From assembly GCA_030704615.1 (NCBI GenBank), contig CM060732.1, positions 50,468,001 through 50,532,000 on the forward strand: DNA of 64,000 nucleotides, in the 5' to 3' direction. The position numbers and the translations under genes were made by a program. The DNA is from Takakia lepidozioides. Its lineage: Eukaryota; Plantae; Bryophyta. Below are positions 12,195 through 23,617 of the stretch, in pieces. The notes below the pieces were generated by a model. That model made no database searches and was not told the DNA's origin. It saw only the letters and a list, made by a program, of their open reading frames with translations. Numbering within the stretch: position 1 is the stretch's first letter; every line of letters starts with the position of its first letter.

Positions 12195-12945
12195 ACATTC
12201 ACATTTTTCCCTCGGTTGTCCCACCCTTGACTGCGGTCAGAAAAGCATTCATTCCATAGCTTCTCCTCATCTCTGTTACATGTTTCTGGATACTTTCTTA
12301 TTGTCAGTTTGGTAGTATCATGTCAAAATCACTCCAAACTATGTACCATCTACCCATGCAGGTTTCTTGTAGCTAACCCTCCACAGGGAATCATAAGTAA
12401 TCTGGAGCTTGAAATCTGGCCCTCTTGGATGACACACTCTATCCCTGCTCCTTCAGCTATCCATGCCTCTGCACAGATCATGCATACATCCTTGCATTGC
12501 TGTTAGCAGCTGACAATGGCAGCCTAGATTTGTTCCAGCAAACACCCAACTCAACTTATCACACCAGTTCATATTCTCAATTGCATCTACCACTCTGTAA
12601 TCCAAAGGCATTTATCTTCCAAGACGGTTGTCCCAACATTGACTGGGGTCAGAAAAGTATTCATTCCACAGCTTCTCCTCTCTGTTACCTATTTCTGGAT
12701 ACTTTCCTATTGTCACTTTGGCAGTATCATATCAAAGTCACTCCAAACTATCAAAGGTTCACTCAACCAGCTAACTTGCAAAATTCTTAAAACATGAAAA
12801 TTTAGGGCGATTCTGATAAGAGGGGAAAACAGAGTGAAATGGGTTGAAGAAGGTGCCTTGATTAGCATTGCTTGATTTTATCAATTGTGCCGCTGCTGCT
12901 GCGGCTTCCAGTTGACCATCTACCCATGCAGGTTTCTTGGAGCTA
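12195..12945 (-). pseudogene. Tandem intron-split PDF (OSB-type) motif exons, parts of three units
   Basis: [22 protein letters not shown] (12875-12940); EKLWNEYFSDPSQCWDNR (12625-12705); second-half exon (12345-12435); EEKLWNECFSDRSQGWDNRGK (12200-12297). Confidence 0.8.
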
Positions 12946-12959
12946 TTTTTCCACGGGGA

Positions 12960-14056
12960 ATCACCCCTTCCCGCATCATTGCTCATAGGTCTCCAAAGCC
13001 TCCATCCGCGCCTTTGTTGTGCATATCCTGCAATCATCGCACTCCACGACACCACATCTCGTTCAGCCATAATGTCAAACACTTCCTTTGCATCCTCGAT
13101 GCACCCACATTTGGCATTCATGCAGTCCACCAAAAACATCGATATCGCTAGAAGTTCTTTGTCGTGAATTTCATAATTGATCTCCGCAGCGGAAAATTTG
13201 CGAGAACGAAAACCAACAAGGTAGAGTCGGCCATCGGTACCGTATTAAGAGAGTACCGTGTCAAGTGTAAGATCCGATGCATCTGCTTCCAAAAAGAATG
13301 GTTTAGACGGGTCTGCATGTACCAGTATTGGAGCCGTTGTAAATGTCTGCTTCAGACTTTCAAATGTGTGGTCAGCCTTCTCGTCCCATACAAATTTGTC
13401 CTTCCCTGTGAGTCGTGTCAATGGTGCAGCAATTTTGAAATAGTCTTTGATGAAGATTCTATAGAAATTTGCAAATCCCAAAAAACATTGTACATCTCGG
13501 ACCGAAATTGGTTTAATCCACTCGATGACGGTTTGTATTTTCTTCTGATCCATAAAGACGTTCAGAATGACATTGGGTACAATTCCAGATTTGACGATGT
13601 CACCATGGACCTCTTTGCTCTTTTCCAGAGCTCCCAGGCTTGCACATGCATTACAAACAAATGTGATGTGGTTGGGCTTCACCCCTTCGCGCATCAGTTG
13701 CTCATAGGTCTCCAAAGCATTCCTACCACACCCGTGTTAAATCCTGCCAACGTTATATTCAACGTGATCAAAGTTCATTGAGGCATTCCGTTGAACACTC
13801 GGTGTGCATTCATGATGCTCTTGCACTTAACATACATGTTCACAAGGGGGTTGAGGAGAAAAACACTTGGTGTGAATCCACTTTGGATAATGTGACTGAA
13901 ATGCTCATTGGTTTAAAGGTTGTAGAGCCTCTTTCAGTCTGCCTGCCTCACAAAGCATCTTCACATGCCCAGAAGAGCAAGAAGAGGCATTATGGACTCC
14001 CTATCTTGATCCTCTTTTAGAAGCTGTGGTATGGTTGAGGTGGCTGATTTAAATCA
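12960..14056 (-). pseudogene. N-terminal linker and PLS-PPR repeats interrupted by a Gypsy fragment
   Basis: ORFs 13245..13715 and 12771..13139; the linker at 13900-14050 matches 30700-30835. Confidence 0.85.
13133..13559 (-). mobile_element. Ty3/Gypsy RT-thumb/RNase H fragment without LTRs
   Basis: MDQKKIQTVIEW...VQCFLGFANFYRIFIKDY...APILVHADPSKPFFLEADASD...[23 protein letters not shown]. Confidence 0.92.
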
Positions 14057-15200
14057 GGGCTGCCAGGTCTGCAATGCACACAAACATGATGTGGCCGGGC
14101 TGAACCCCTTCCCCCATCATTTGCTCATAGGTCTCCAAAGCCTCCATCCCACGTTGTGCATACCCTGCAAGCATCGCACTCCACGACACCACATCTCGTT
14201 CAGCCATAGTGTTGTACACTCCCTTTGCATCCTCGATGCACCCACATTTTGCCTACATGTCCACTAGGGTATTGTTCAAAATGACATTTGGTACAATTCC
14301 AGCTCTGAAGGTGTCACCATGGGCCTCCTTCCCCTTTTCCAGAGTTGCCAGGGCAGTGTTTCGAATGACATTAGGTACAATTCCAGCTTTGATGATATCC
14401 CCATGCACCTCTGTGCCCTTCTCCAGGGCTGCCAGGCCTGCAATGCATACAAACATGATGTGGCCGGGCTGAACCCCTTCCCCCATCATTTGCTCATAGG
14501 TCTCCAAAGCCTCCATCCCACGTCCCTGCTGTGCATACCCTGCAAGCATCGCACTCCACGACACCACATCTCATTCAGCCATAGTGTTGAACACTCCCTT
14601 TGCATCCCCGATGCACCCACATTTTGCCTACATGTCCACTAGGGTATTGTTCAAAATGACATTTGGTACAATTCCAGCTCTGAAGGTGTCACCATGGACC
14701 TCCTTCCCTTTTTCCAGAGCTGCCAGGGCAGTACAATTCCAGCTTTGATGATATCCCCATGCACCTCTTTGCCCTTCTCCAGGGCTGCCAGGCCTGCAAT
14801 GCATACAAACATAATGTGGCCGGGCTGGACCCCTTCCCCCATCATTTGCTCATAGGTCTCCAAAGCCTCCATCCCACGTCCCTGCTGTGCATACCCTGCA
14901 AGCATCGCACTCCACGACACCACATCTCGTTCAGCCATAGTGTTGAACACTCCCTTTGCATCCCCGATGCACCCACATTTTGCATACATGTCCACTAGGG
15001 TATTGTTCATAATGACATTTGGTACAATTCCAGCTCTGAAGATGTCACCACGGACCTCCTTCCCCTTTTCCAGAGCTGCCAGGGCAGTGTTTAGAATGAC
15101 ATTAGGTACAATTCCAGCTTTGATGATATCCCCATGCACCTCTTTACCCTTCTCAAGGGTTGCCAGGCTTGCACAAGCATCGCAATGCACACAAATATGA
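14057..15200 (-). pseudogene. Three near-identical ~360-bp tandem PPR units with shared internal deletions
   Basis: GVQPGHIMFVCIAGLAALEKG (shortened L motif) at ~14080, 14450 and 14806; ORFs 14253..14567 and 14651..15190. Confidence 0.9.
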
Positions 15201-15251
15201 TGTGAGAGGGCAAAACAGGTTGAAATAGGTCAAAGAAGAAGATGCCCTCAC

Positions 15252-15353
15252 CACATTGTCCTTGAGGTTGTGTCATGACTTGACCGACCATCAACCCAAA
15301 AGGACCTCTTGTGTGTGCTGCTTATGTCTGTAGTCAGGTAATGTCGGATTGGT
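15252..15353 (-). pseudogene. Divergent PDF motif exon (PDY variant)
   Basis: tag|TNPTLPDYRHKQHT(fs)KRSFWVDGRS...MTQPQGQC G|gtgag; the copy at 30892-30941 supplies DGRSNPPWVMTQ; another scrap at 22610-22658. Confidence 0.7.
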
Positions 15354-18254
15354 CTATGAGATCGAACCACCACGGTGTAGCTGAGTAGGCAGAGATTGAA
15401 ACACGGCCTGTTATGACCAAGCTAACTCTCCCAAGAATGGCAAGCTCGCAAGAATGTTGCGAGCTTCTCCTCGTCTCATCTCCTCCTCCTCTCCTCCTTC
15501 CTGCATCATTTGCTCAACGCCTCCATCCCACGCCCCTGCATATCCTGCGATCATCACGTTCCATCCCTCGGCTACATGGTGTGGCGCAGGGAACCAAAAA
15601 AAAACGCCAAGTCCCAGCCCTCCTCTGTGTTCACGATTACCCTAGTGGACAACCTTATTAGCAATTTTTTGACTTTTTAACCTTTTGCACTTTGATTCAT
15701 TCTAGGTCAGAGGCTAAAGTCCTGCTATCAGACTTGTCTAGAAAACCAAAACACCACGTAGACAAACATTTGATAATGGTAATAAAATATATTACCATTG
15801 GGCTGGTTTGAACACTTGTTAGTAAATTTAGGTTAGGATTTTTAGGTTAGGATTTTTCGAAATATTCTGGTTTTTTCTTTGATGTGTGAGATGACAAAGT
15901 CCAAGCATGTCACATAAACAAGGAGTTCAACGTAAGGATGATGCAAGTGATTTGTGGCAAAAAGTGTAAATCATGCCTATGCCTATTTGTTCTAGTTGTG
16001 TCATAGGTTGCAACAGAATGGGGCCACCTTTGAATGCGATCCCCATGCTCATTTCACCAAGGGCATTATAGACTTCATAATGTAGAGATTGAAAATGGGG
16101 TGTATTCTTCACTTGCTAGTACCCATCGTGCAAATTTCTAAACATGAACATGAAGTTCATAATCATTTTCCAAGGGCATCATTCTCAAACTCCCCATACA
16201 CCACAATCAGTGGAAATAATTGTATGTTCTCATTTCACACAGGTGTGTAACATGCCATGTAAACTAAGCCAACCCCTGCCACGCTCATGGCTGTTTTCAC
16301 ACCGTTCTTGCCTGGGGTGTGGACCACATGTGAGACACCCCACAGTTAGGGCATATTTAGACCCACACCTTGGCTCAGTGTACAGACCCGTGATAAAAGC
16401 CGTGGAATGTGCCAGGTGTGAGATGGCAGAGCCGTGGAAAAAGCCGGTTTCTCTTCTAGTGTGTGCTCATTACTTGCCTCAGATTCCACGTGGCGTCTTT
16501 CGCCTACTCTCGAGCCACTGCAAAAAATTCGGCTTGTTTCTATCTTCTGTCCACTAATCTCCAGCCAAAGCCTCCCTCATTCTTTTCTCCATATTTTGCT
16601 GAAAAATACAAAACCCCTCGTGTCTATGCCGGACATAAGCACTTTGCAGCCTCATCATGTCTTTTTCTTTGAAATAATCAAATATTAATTTTTTAACCCT
16701 GTCTAAAGCCTCTGGTCCTGGAGAGTGTTGCTTGTTGACCTGACTATCTCGCTCGTGGGCATGTTTTCTCTTCCTCCGACCCCCAGACGACGACCCCGGC
16801 CCAAAATTTGAGTTTGCAGTCCCTAACATTATAAACCTTTGCCCACTCCAGGGGATGGGGGGGAGGGGGGAAATAGATAATGGATGTGGGTGGTTGCAAT
16901 TTTCGTATTTTCTGCAAAAACGGGTCACATGAGATCCTAAAACGATAAAATGGTGAAGAAATGATGCTATAATGATGGAATGGTGAATAGGGCCTGGAAT
17001 AGGTGTGTGACCGACCCAATTAAAAATCGACAAAACTTCTCCCTTTCCAAACAGACACCTTTACACACGTTGGCAGTGCCACGCAACGAAGTCCGAAGAC
17101 TACAGGAAGCCAAGGAACTGCACTCACGGAGGAGCAAAAGTGATCATAAAGCGGAGGGAGATGTTTGTCCATGTTTGTGCATGCGATTCTCTTAACTCTA
17201 TTACAACACATGTGACCCTCAAGGCGCGTGTCACCCGTTGGAACATTGCAGATTTAGCCCGCGGTTGCCCATTTTTTTGTTGTGGATGGGTGACCGCCAG
17301 CTAAACCTGATGGTCCCAGTTTGCTATTGACTGCTATATCGAAACTTCATTAAGATATAATATTTTTCGTCCTATTTTTATCTCTTTAGATCAACCAAAC
17401 ACTTCGAAGAACTGGGACAAAAACTCAAGGATCATCAAATATATTACTGAAATCAGATAATTGTGATGTGAGCTAAGCATGCATAAAAAGGAGAAAAATA
17501 CCCGGATTTTAAAAAAAAATCTTTCAGGGTTTTTTTCTAAAAGCAAATTGAGAGGCTTACCTTTACCTATCATTCACTTACGTCCCTTCCCACCCCGTTA
17601 TGTTTCGAAATAATATTGTAGGCGAAAGTAAGAACTAGAAGTGGATTATTTCTTTTGTTCCTCGTTGAAGAAAAATCACGTTGTTACCATAGAGGGTTAT
17701 CTTCTTGGAATCACAATGTCGTTGCACCTTGTGAGTGCATTGCCTTATTGACTCATCTGAGAGGCAGTAATAAAAAATATGTATATATATTTTCATGTCC
17801 TTTAATAGATCTTATAATAGGGATGCAATAATTTTGTTTCATGATTGTTAGAAGCAAAAAAACCATCTGAATTTTTATTTCCTTTTTCTAAATCCTACTT
17901 CTTCTTATTCTTGTTATTCCAATGTATTTTTCTATATGCTAAACCTAAAGCTTTATCCATGGGTGATGCGAAACGGTAATGAAATAGAACCATAATGTAT
18001 GATGAAAAACCTGTAAATACTGATTCGAGGAATTTCCAAGTTAAAAGGGGGGAAAATACTTTCGACAAGAAAAAGGCTCATTTCTTTGGATTTATCCTAG
18101 AAATTATAAACAAGATTGTTCGATGAGCATGTTCGCACGGGAGATTGTGCTCGGTAACTATACAACAGTAGCTTATGAGAAAACGGGAGTGAACCATTCA
18201 GGGTACAGCACCCGAGACAGAGAAGCAATCATAGTAGGGAGATATAGATACGGC

Positions 18255-18485
18255 TGAACGTGGTGTGGAAGGCCAGCTTGCTTGGTGCCTGCAAAATTCG
18301 TCAATGTGGAGGTGACAGAACGTGCGGCAAAATGAATTCTCAAGTGGGATCGAGAGGAGGCAGCTTTCCAACGTCTATGTTGCAGCTGGCAACAGTTCGA
18401 GAAATGATGAAGGCCAGAGTTGTGCAGAAGGAGCCAGGCCACAGCTGCATTGAGCTCAACACCGAAGTGCATACATTCATTGTGG
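18255..18485 (+). pseudogene. PPR E1-E2-PG box fragment
   Basis: VWKASLLGACKI...VREMMKARVVQKEPGHSCIELNTEVHTFIV. Confidence 0.85.
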
Positions 18486-18786
18486 TATTACCAGGATTTT
18501 CCTCGGAGTAAGGGAAATGACAGAGCTCACGTGCTCTTGTAGTTTTTGCAGATCAAGCAATGAGCAACAAACTGTTCTGACTGGAGTTTTTCTCAGATGC
18601 TTCACAGTGGTGGTTTCATAATGTACCTTTTTTTCATCTTGGACATGAAATGATTGGCACTGGCCTTTTTATGCACTCGGCTGTTTCACTTGGTAACAAT
18701 AATACTCTTCACTAGGAAAAGGTAGCAAAAGCACTGCACCCATTTTTCTCGAAGGACAAGACAGCAACGTCCTACTTCAAATGATG

Positions 18787-19444
18787 GTTTGTCTCTAGAA
18801 AAACAATTGAACCATGTACAATATAACCTGTCTAGATCTCAATTGAGACTACATAATTCTTTTCACTGTCATTCCTATGTTTACTAAGGCTCTTATGTGC
18901 TATTCTTATTCCTCCTCTGTCATTACAGTATTGTTGTAACCTGGGCAGAGAGCTATTTCACACCTGATCCTCCCAAACAGAATTATAGTAGGTACACAAC
19001 GTATTTCTCTCCTTCTCTCCTGTTCCGCTCAAACAAGGCTATGGCAAGCAAACAACGTCTCTCTTTCCTTCTTTCCTATTCCTCTCAAACAAGGCTTTGC
19101 TTGTAATGTCTCTCTCTCCTTTTCTCATGTTCCGCTCAAACAAGGCTTTCCTTGCAATGTGTCTCTCTCCTTCTCTCCTGCAGTTCAAGAAGTTCAAGAA
19201 AATCAAGAACACTAAGTGCCATCTGATGGTTCTGGGGTCAAATCCTGCTATTTAGATGCCTTTGTGGTGAGGTTGTTGTGGAAGAGGTTATTTTCTCCTA
19301 TCACTATTAAGAGGCTTGATTTGTGAGCTGTCGCTCTCAGATGGTTTTAAAAACTGTCATCAAGCTCTGTCGTAGGTTGGTTGAATTGTAGGGATGAAAA
19401 TAATAAAAGCCTAAACCACCAACTTCCGGGGGCGATTCGGAGGT
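18787..19444. repeat. ~658-bp dispersed repeat, copy 2
   Basis: Direct copy of 2747-3402. Confidence 0.9.
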
Positions 19445-19904
19445 GAGACCACTATTTTACACCTGGATATCTTGCAACAGCCTGTAAATCCATAGTTTAC
19501 TTTTGCGTTACCTATTGCTTTTTGGTGTTGTTGAGGCTATTCATTGATGTGACTATGTCCACCTCCTCTCCTCTCTAATTCATCTAGAGCATGTTATCTT
19601 AAGAATTGTTCAAAATAATGTCGGAAGTCCAAACTTGGTCTAACTTTGTCAACCTCACCCTCTTAAACTGGATGATGTACAAGAAGACCTTATATACAAT
19701 GAAGATGCAGGGATGGACAACATGTCGTTTTGAAAGAGGGCATTCCCTAATGATACCACCGTGGGTCCAAACAATGTTGTCCAATTTGTGTTGAATTGTT
19801 AACTACACCACAAGCTGAATAATGAGAGATGATTTCATGACCTCAGAATGAATAGACACCATTGCCATTGTCAAAGAAATCAGTTCCCCTATGAAACTTC
19901 CACA

Positions 19905-20023
19905 GGTCCAAAGAAGCTCTCAAGGGCTCACAAAATTCGGTGAGGTCCAGCTCCTCAACAGCTTTGAGCACATCCTCAGCATTGATGGTTTGTCGCTTTG
20001 ATTCACGACATATTTCATTTGCT
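19905..20023 (-). pseudogene. Isolated exon of an NF-YB11/DPB4 (POLE3/CHRAC17)-like histone-fold gene
   Basis: aacag|ANEICRESKRQTINAEDVLKAVEELDLTEFCEPLRASLD. Confidence 0.8.
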
Positions 20024-21029
20024 CTGTTACCATCCCTGGTGTGTTCATTGGTCCATCTGTCTTTCTGTCTCAATCTGTAGGGTGTGGAATTGATCTTTGA
20101 AAGCACCCATGCCCAATGAAAGAAGGAAAGATAGAAACTTCACTTTGTCCCATGGTAGCTAGGTGGGAAAGTGGGTGGGGGTTATATTGTGTCGACATTC
20201 CGTGCCACGTTTGGTTTGTGCATTATTCCACTAACCCCCCCAGCTCTGGCCCCACTCCGTTGCCACCTCAGCCTTGTGCAGCTCTCCAACTCGCTGGACC
20301 CACACCATGTCCAGCACGATGCCCCTTGCTTACTTTCTGAAGACATTGTGTGCTCACCTGCAAGCCCGGCCGTCCAGTATGCAGCCCTCTTTAACTGTTT
20401 ACCATTTCTGCTCTCATTAAACATTGAAACAAACTTTCCTGTTGCAGCAACCAAATTCAGATATAATGAAAAAGCATACCAGAGGGTCATGTCGGGCTAG
20501 GGATCGAAAAATCCCCTCCTGTCTCTCAAGGGATTTTACAGCTGATAGTTCACCCCCTCTGGGCAAGCCGCATCCAAATGTCGTTAGACTTCCAAACTGG
20601 CGTGCCTTCTTCAACTCATCTGCAAAATCTGCACAACACAAAGAAAATCTATTGAGAGGTAGAGCCAAATTTCAAAGAAAGATTCACGAATCGAGTACAT
20701 ACTTGTACTAAACCGGTTATTGGGCTAATTTCCAACCTCTGACTGCCGTGGCTGTGCCCCCAACTTCGCCTTTTCAGCATTATCTCCTGTTTTCATCCCC
20801 TGATTCCCATTTCCTGCAGCCACACCGCCCAAGCCAGAAAGTGTTAAGGCAAAACTCTCCATAAAATATACACTGCTATCATAGTCCTTCACAATTTCAC
20901 AAAACAGAATTTACCGCAGAATGGAGAATAGCAGTGACAACTATTTTCTGCACATTGGCTTTGATGTTAGGGTACAGCATCGCATTCAGCAACACCTTGC
21001 CCACCTGCATGCAGATCACCATCCCATCT

Positions 21030-21600
21030 CATGCCATGTCCAGCATAAAATATTTGAGACCACAAGATTGCCCAAGACAATGTCCATGAGGCGTTGGAAT
21101 GTAGAGGTGACATTGCACAAACCAAAATGCATGGTCTCATATTAGTATTTGCCCATGCGACACACAAAGGAGTCTTTTCCTTGGCTGCTTCAGTAAGAGG
21201 AACTTGCCCAAAAACCAGATGCAAGATCAAGAGAGGAGAAAATTGTAGCACCATGCAATTGATCCAAGGTCGCATTAATCTTGGGTAGTGGGTATGCATC
21301 CTTTTTGGTGATGTCATTCAGTTTCCTGAAGTCAACACAGAAGCGGGTGGTGCCATCTTTCTTACCAACCAGGACAATTGGACTGGCCCAAAGAAAACTG
21401 AAGGCTTAATCACACCAGCATCAAGCATTTTCTGGACTTCTTCTTGGACTATAGCACGTTCCTTGACACTCTCTCGATATGCAAATTGTTTAATAGGAGG
21501 TCCTTCCGTGACAATGTCATGTTGAAGGATGGGAGTGCGCCCTAAATCAATGGATCCCAAACTGAAAACGTCTAGATTCTTTGCAATAACCATCTCCACT
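21030..21600 (-). mobile_element. Ty3/Gypsy reverse transcriptase fragment
   Basis: DLGRTPILQHDIVTEGPPIKQFAYR...EVQKMLDAGVIKPS; after a frameshift KKDGTTRFCVDFRKLNDITKKDAYPLP...LDLASGFW...MHFGLCN. Confidence 0.9.
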
Positions 21601-22105
21601 CTCCTCCTTTGGCAAATTGGTGAAAAGTTCCTCATTGCATGTGTGCACAAAAGACTACATCCTGCAATATGTTGTCCCTACTATTCAAGGTTGGTGTATT
21701 AATGTGAGGACTAGATTCCCCTTTCAAACCTGTGAGTTGCCACATGCTTTCAACTCTTAAAAGGATCTTAGTCTGGTTGTGCTTAGGTGCTGCACCATCG
21801 ACAGTCTCTGGATCATTGTCTCAATGATCTGTATAGCAAGCCTATCTCAAGTATTACGTAAGCCAATTTTTACAGATACTGCAGACCATGCAGAAGCTCC
21901 AGCAAAGACCCACAATGAGGTTGCCATTGCAAAAGAACAACTTCAATACATGACTTTTGCGAGAAAAATCAAAGAAAACACAAACCGGATTAAGAAGGTG
22001 GACAGGGAGCCAGGGGCTTGCAAATAAGAACCAATTTGGTTGCTACATATTAGATCACCACTTGTACATCCTTCGTAGAACAGAAGGAAGAGGACACAGA
22101 CGTAC

Positions 22106-22503
22106 ATCATTGCAGAACATTATGGTAGCCTTGGCCTCCTTAGACCCTTGTTTGGCATCTTTGCGGCGTTTCACTATCAGCTGCCCCACACCCATGTCCT
22201 TCCATGCTTTTTCTTCTCCCTCATTTGCCTGCCCATGCCACACACTACTTTGGAATGCAACACCACAAGGATATCAATTCAAAGATAGCTCCCAAGCATG
22301 TGCACCGACTGGTTGCTGCCACTTCTGCCCAGTCATAACAAACCTTCCCTCTCTCAGCCTTCCAATCCACAGATCCTATCTTAATTCTACGCAGCTCGCA
22401 GAGTTGCAAAAGTGTGGGAAAGCTGTCAGTGACTTTTATGTAGAGCTTGGACTTCACTTCGTACACCACTCTGATGCCTGTCTCCTCTGTCCTCTTCACG
22501 GTC
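22106..22503 (-). pseudogene. Two-exon fragment of a NUP50-like (Ran-binding domain) nucleoporin
   Basis: 22434-22503 VKRTEETGIRVVYEVKSKLYIK|gt; 22106-22228 ag|ANEGEEKAWKDMGVGQLIVKRRKDAKQGSKEAKATIMFCND|gt; resembles plant NUP50B. Confidence 0.75.
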
Positions 22504-22837
22504 TGACAAGACCAAGCTGACTCTCGCAAGAACCTTGTAAACATCAGGAAGAATACCAAATCATGGCACTAACAGGAGGCAGAGATGGAAACACAGCCTG
22601 ACAATAACCTGTTGTGTGTGCTGCTTGTGTCTGTAGTCAGATAATGTCGGATTGATCTATGAATCTGGACCCACACTCGATCCCTGCTCCTTCAGTTATC
22701 CATACCTTTGCTTGCAAGGTGAACGATGGCGGAAAACGCAGAGCTACTGCAGTTCAAGAAGATCAAGATCCGGGCATTGCGGACAGTTCCAAAAACGTTG
22801 GCGCGACGATTTCTATTGGTCTATTTCTCGCGGGCCG

Positions 22838-23358
22838 TCCGGGCAGATTCCAAAGAATTGACGACGATGATGACCTGGCTACGATGACATGGCGACGAAA
22901 CGTGGCGACGATGACGTGGCACTATGGCACCCTATACCTGCTCTACGCTAAACTAGCTTCTGACCTTCGGTCGTCGCTAGAACTAGGGCTCTGCGTTGGT
23001 CCGCACTACTAGCGACGAATTCTGAGAACTGCGTTCAATTGGCACAAAAAGGGGTGGGTCATCCCCATGCATACAGTGATTCTTTTGATAATTGGAAATA
23101 TATACTATGCAGAAAACATGAGGAACAATACAAAAGTATAACATAGGCATACCCCTATCTATGCCCAAGAAGTGAGGGGGATTTGAACCCCCTTTTCTGC
23201 CCGGTATGCAGACACCCCTCCCCCTCCCCCTCCCCCGTCCCTCCCCAAGCATCAGACATCACATCAAATAATAACCCCATGTAGCTGCACTGATCGCCCT
23301 CCCGAAATAAGGAAAGGAAAAAAAACATCCAGAAAAATCGAGAAACCCAAGCCCTCCT
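22838..23358 (-). mobile_element. Helentron-like junction 2 plus ~370-bp terminal region shared with 7079-7480
   Basis: tcgtcgctag 22971-22980, aa 22981-22982, ctagcgacga 23009-23018; ORF 23155..23412 nearly duplicates 7214..7531. Confidence 0.8.
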
Positions 23359-23617
23359 TAGGCCTCTCTTAGTCTCCTCAGCACTTGGCACGCATCCTTC
23401 AGGCTTCCGCATTTAGCATACATGTTCACTAAGGTATTCTCCAAATTAATATATGACCCAGTTCCAGTTTTGATAATGTCAGCATGAACCCTTTTGCCCT
23501 TTTCCAGGGCCCATGCATAGAGAATGCAAATGAAGGTGACCCGGTCACCCTTGCCTGTAGCATTTGCTCATAGATCTCAAAAGCTTCCTTACCAAACCGA
23601 TGCAATCATTGCACTCC

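Noticed and set aside
16144-17211. Several 60-160-aa ORFs
   Set aside because: No recognisable domains; overlapping on both strands; likely chance.
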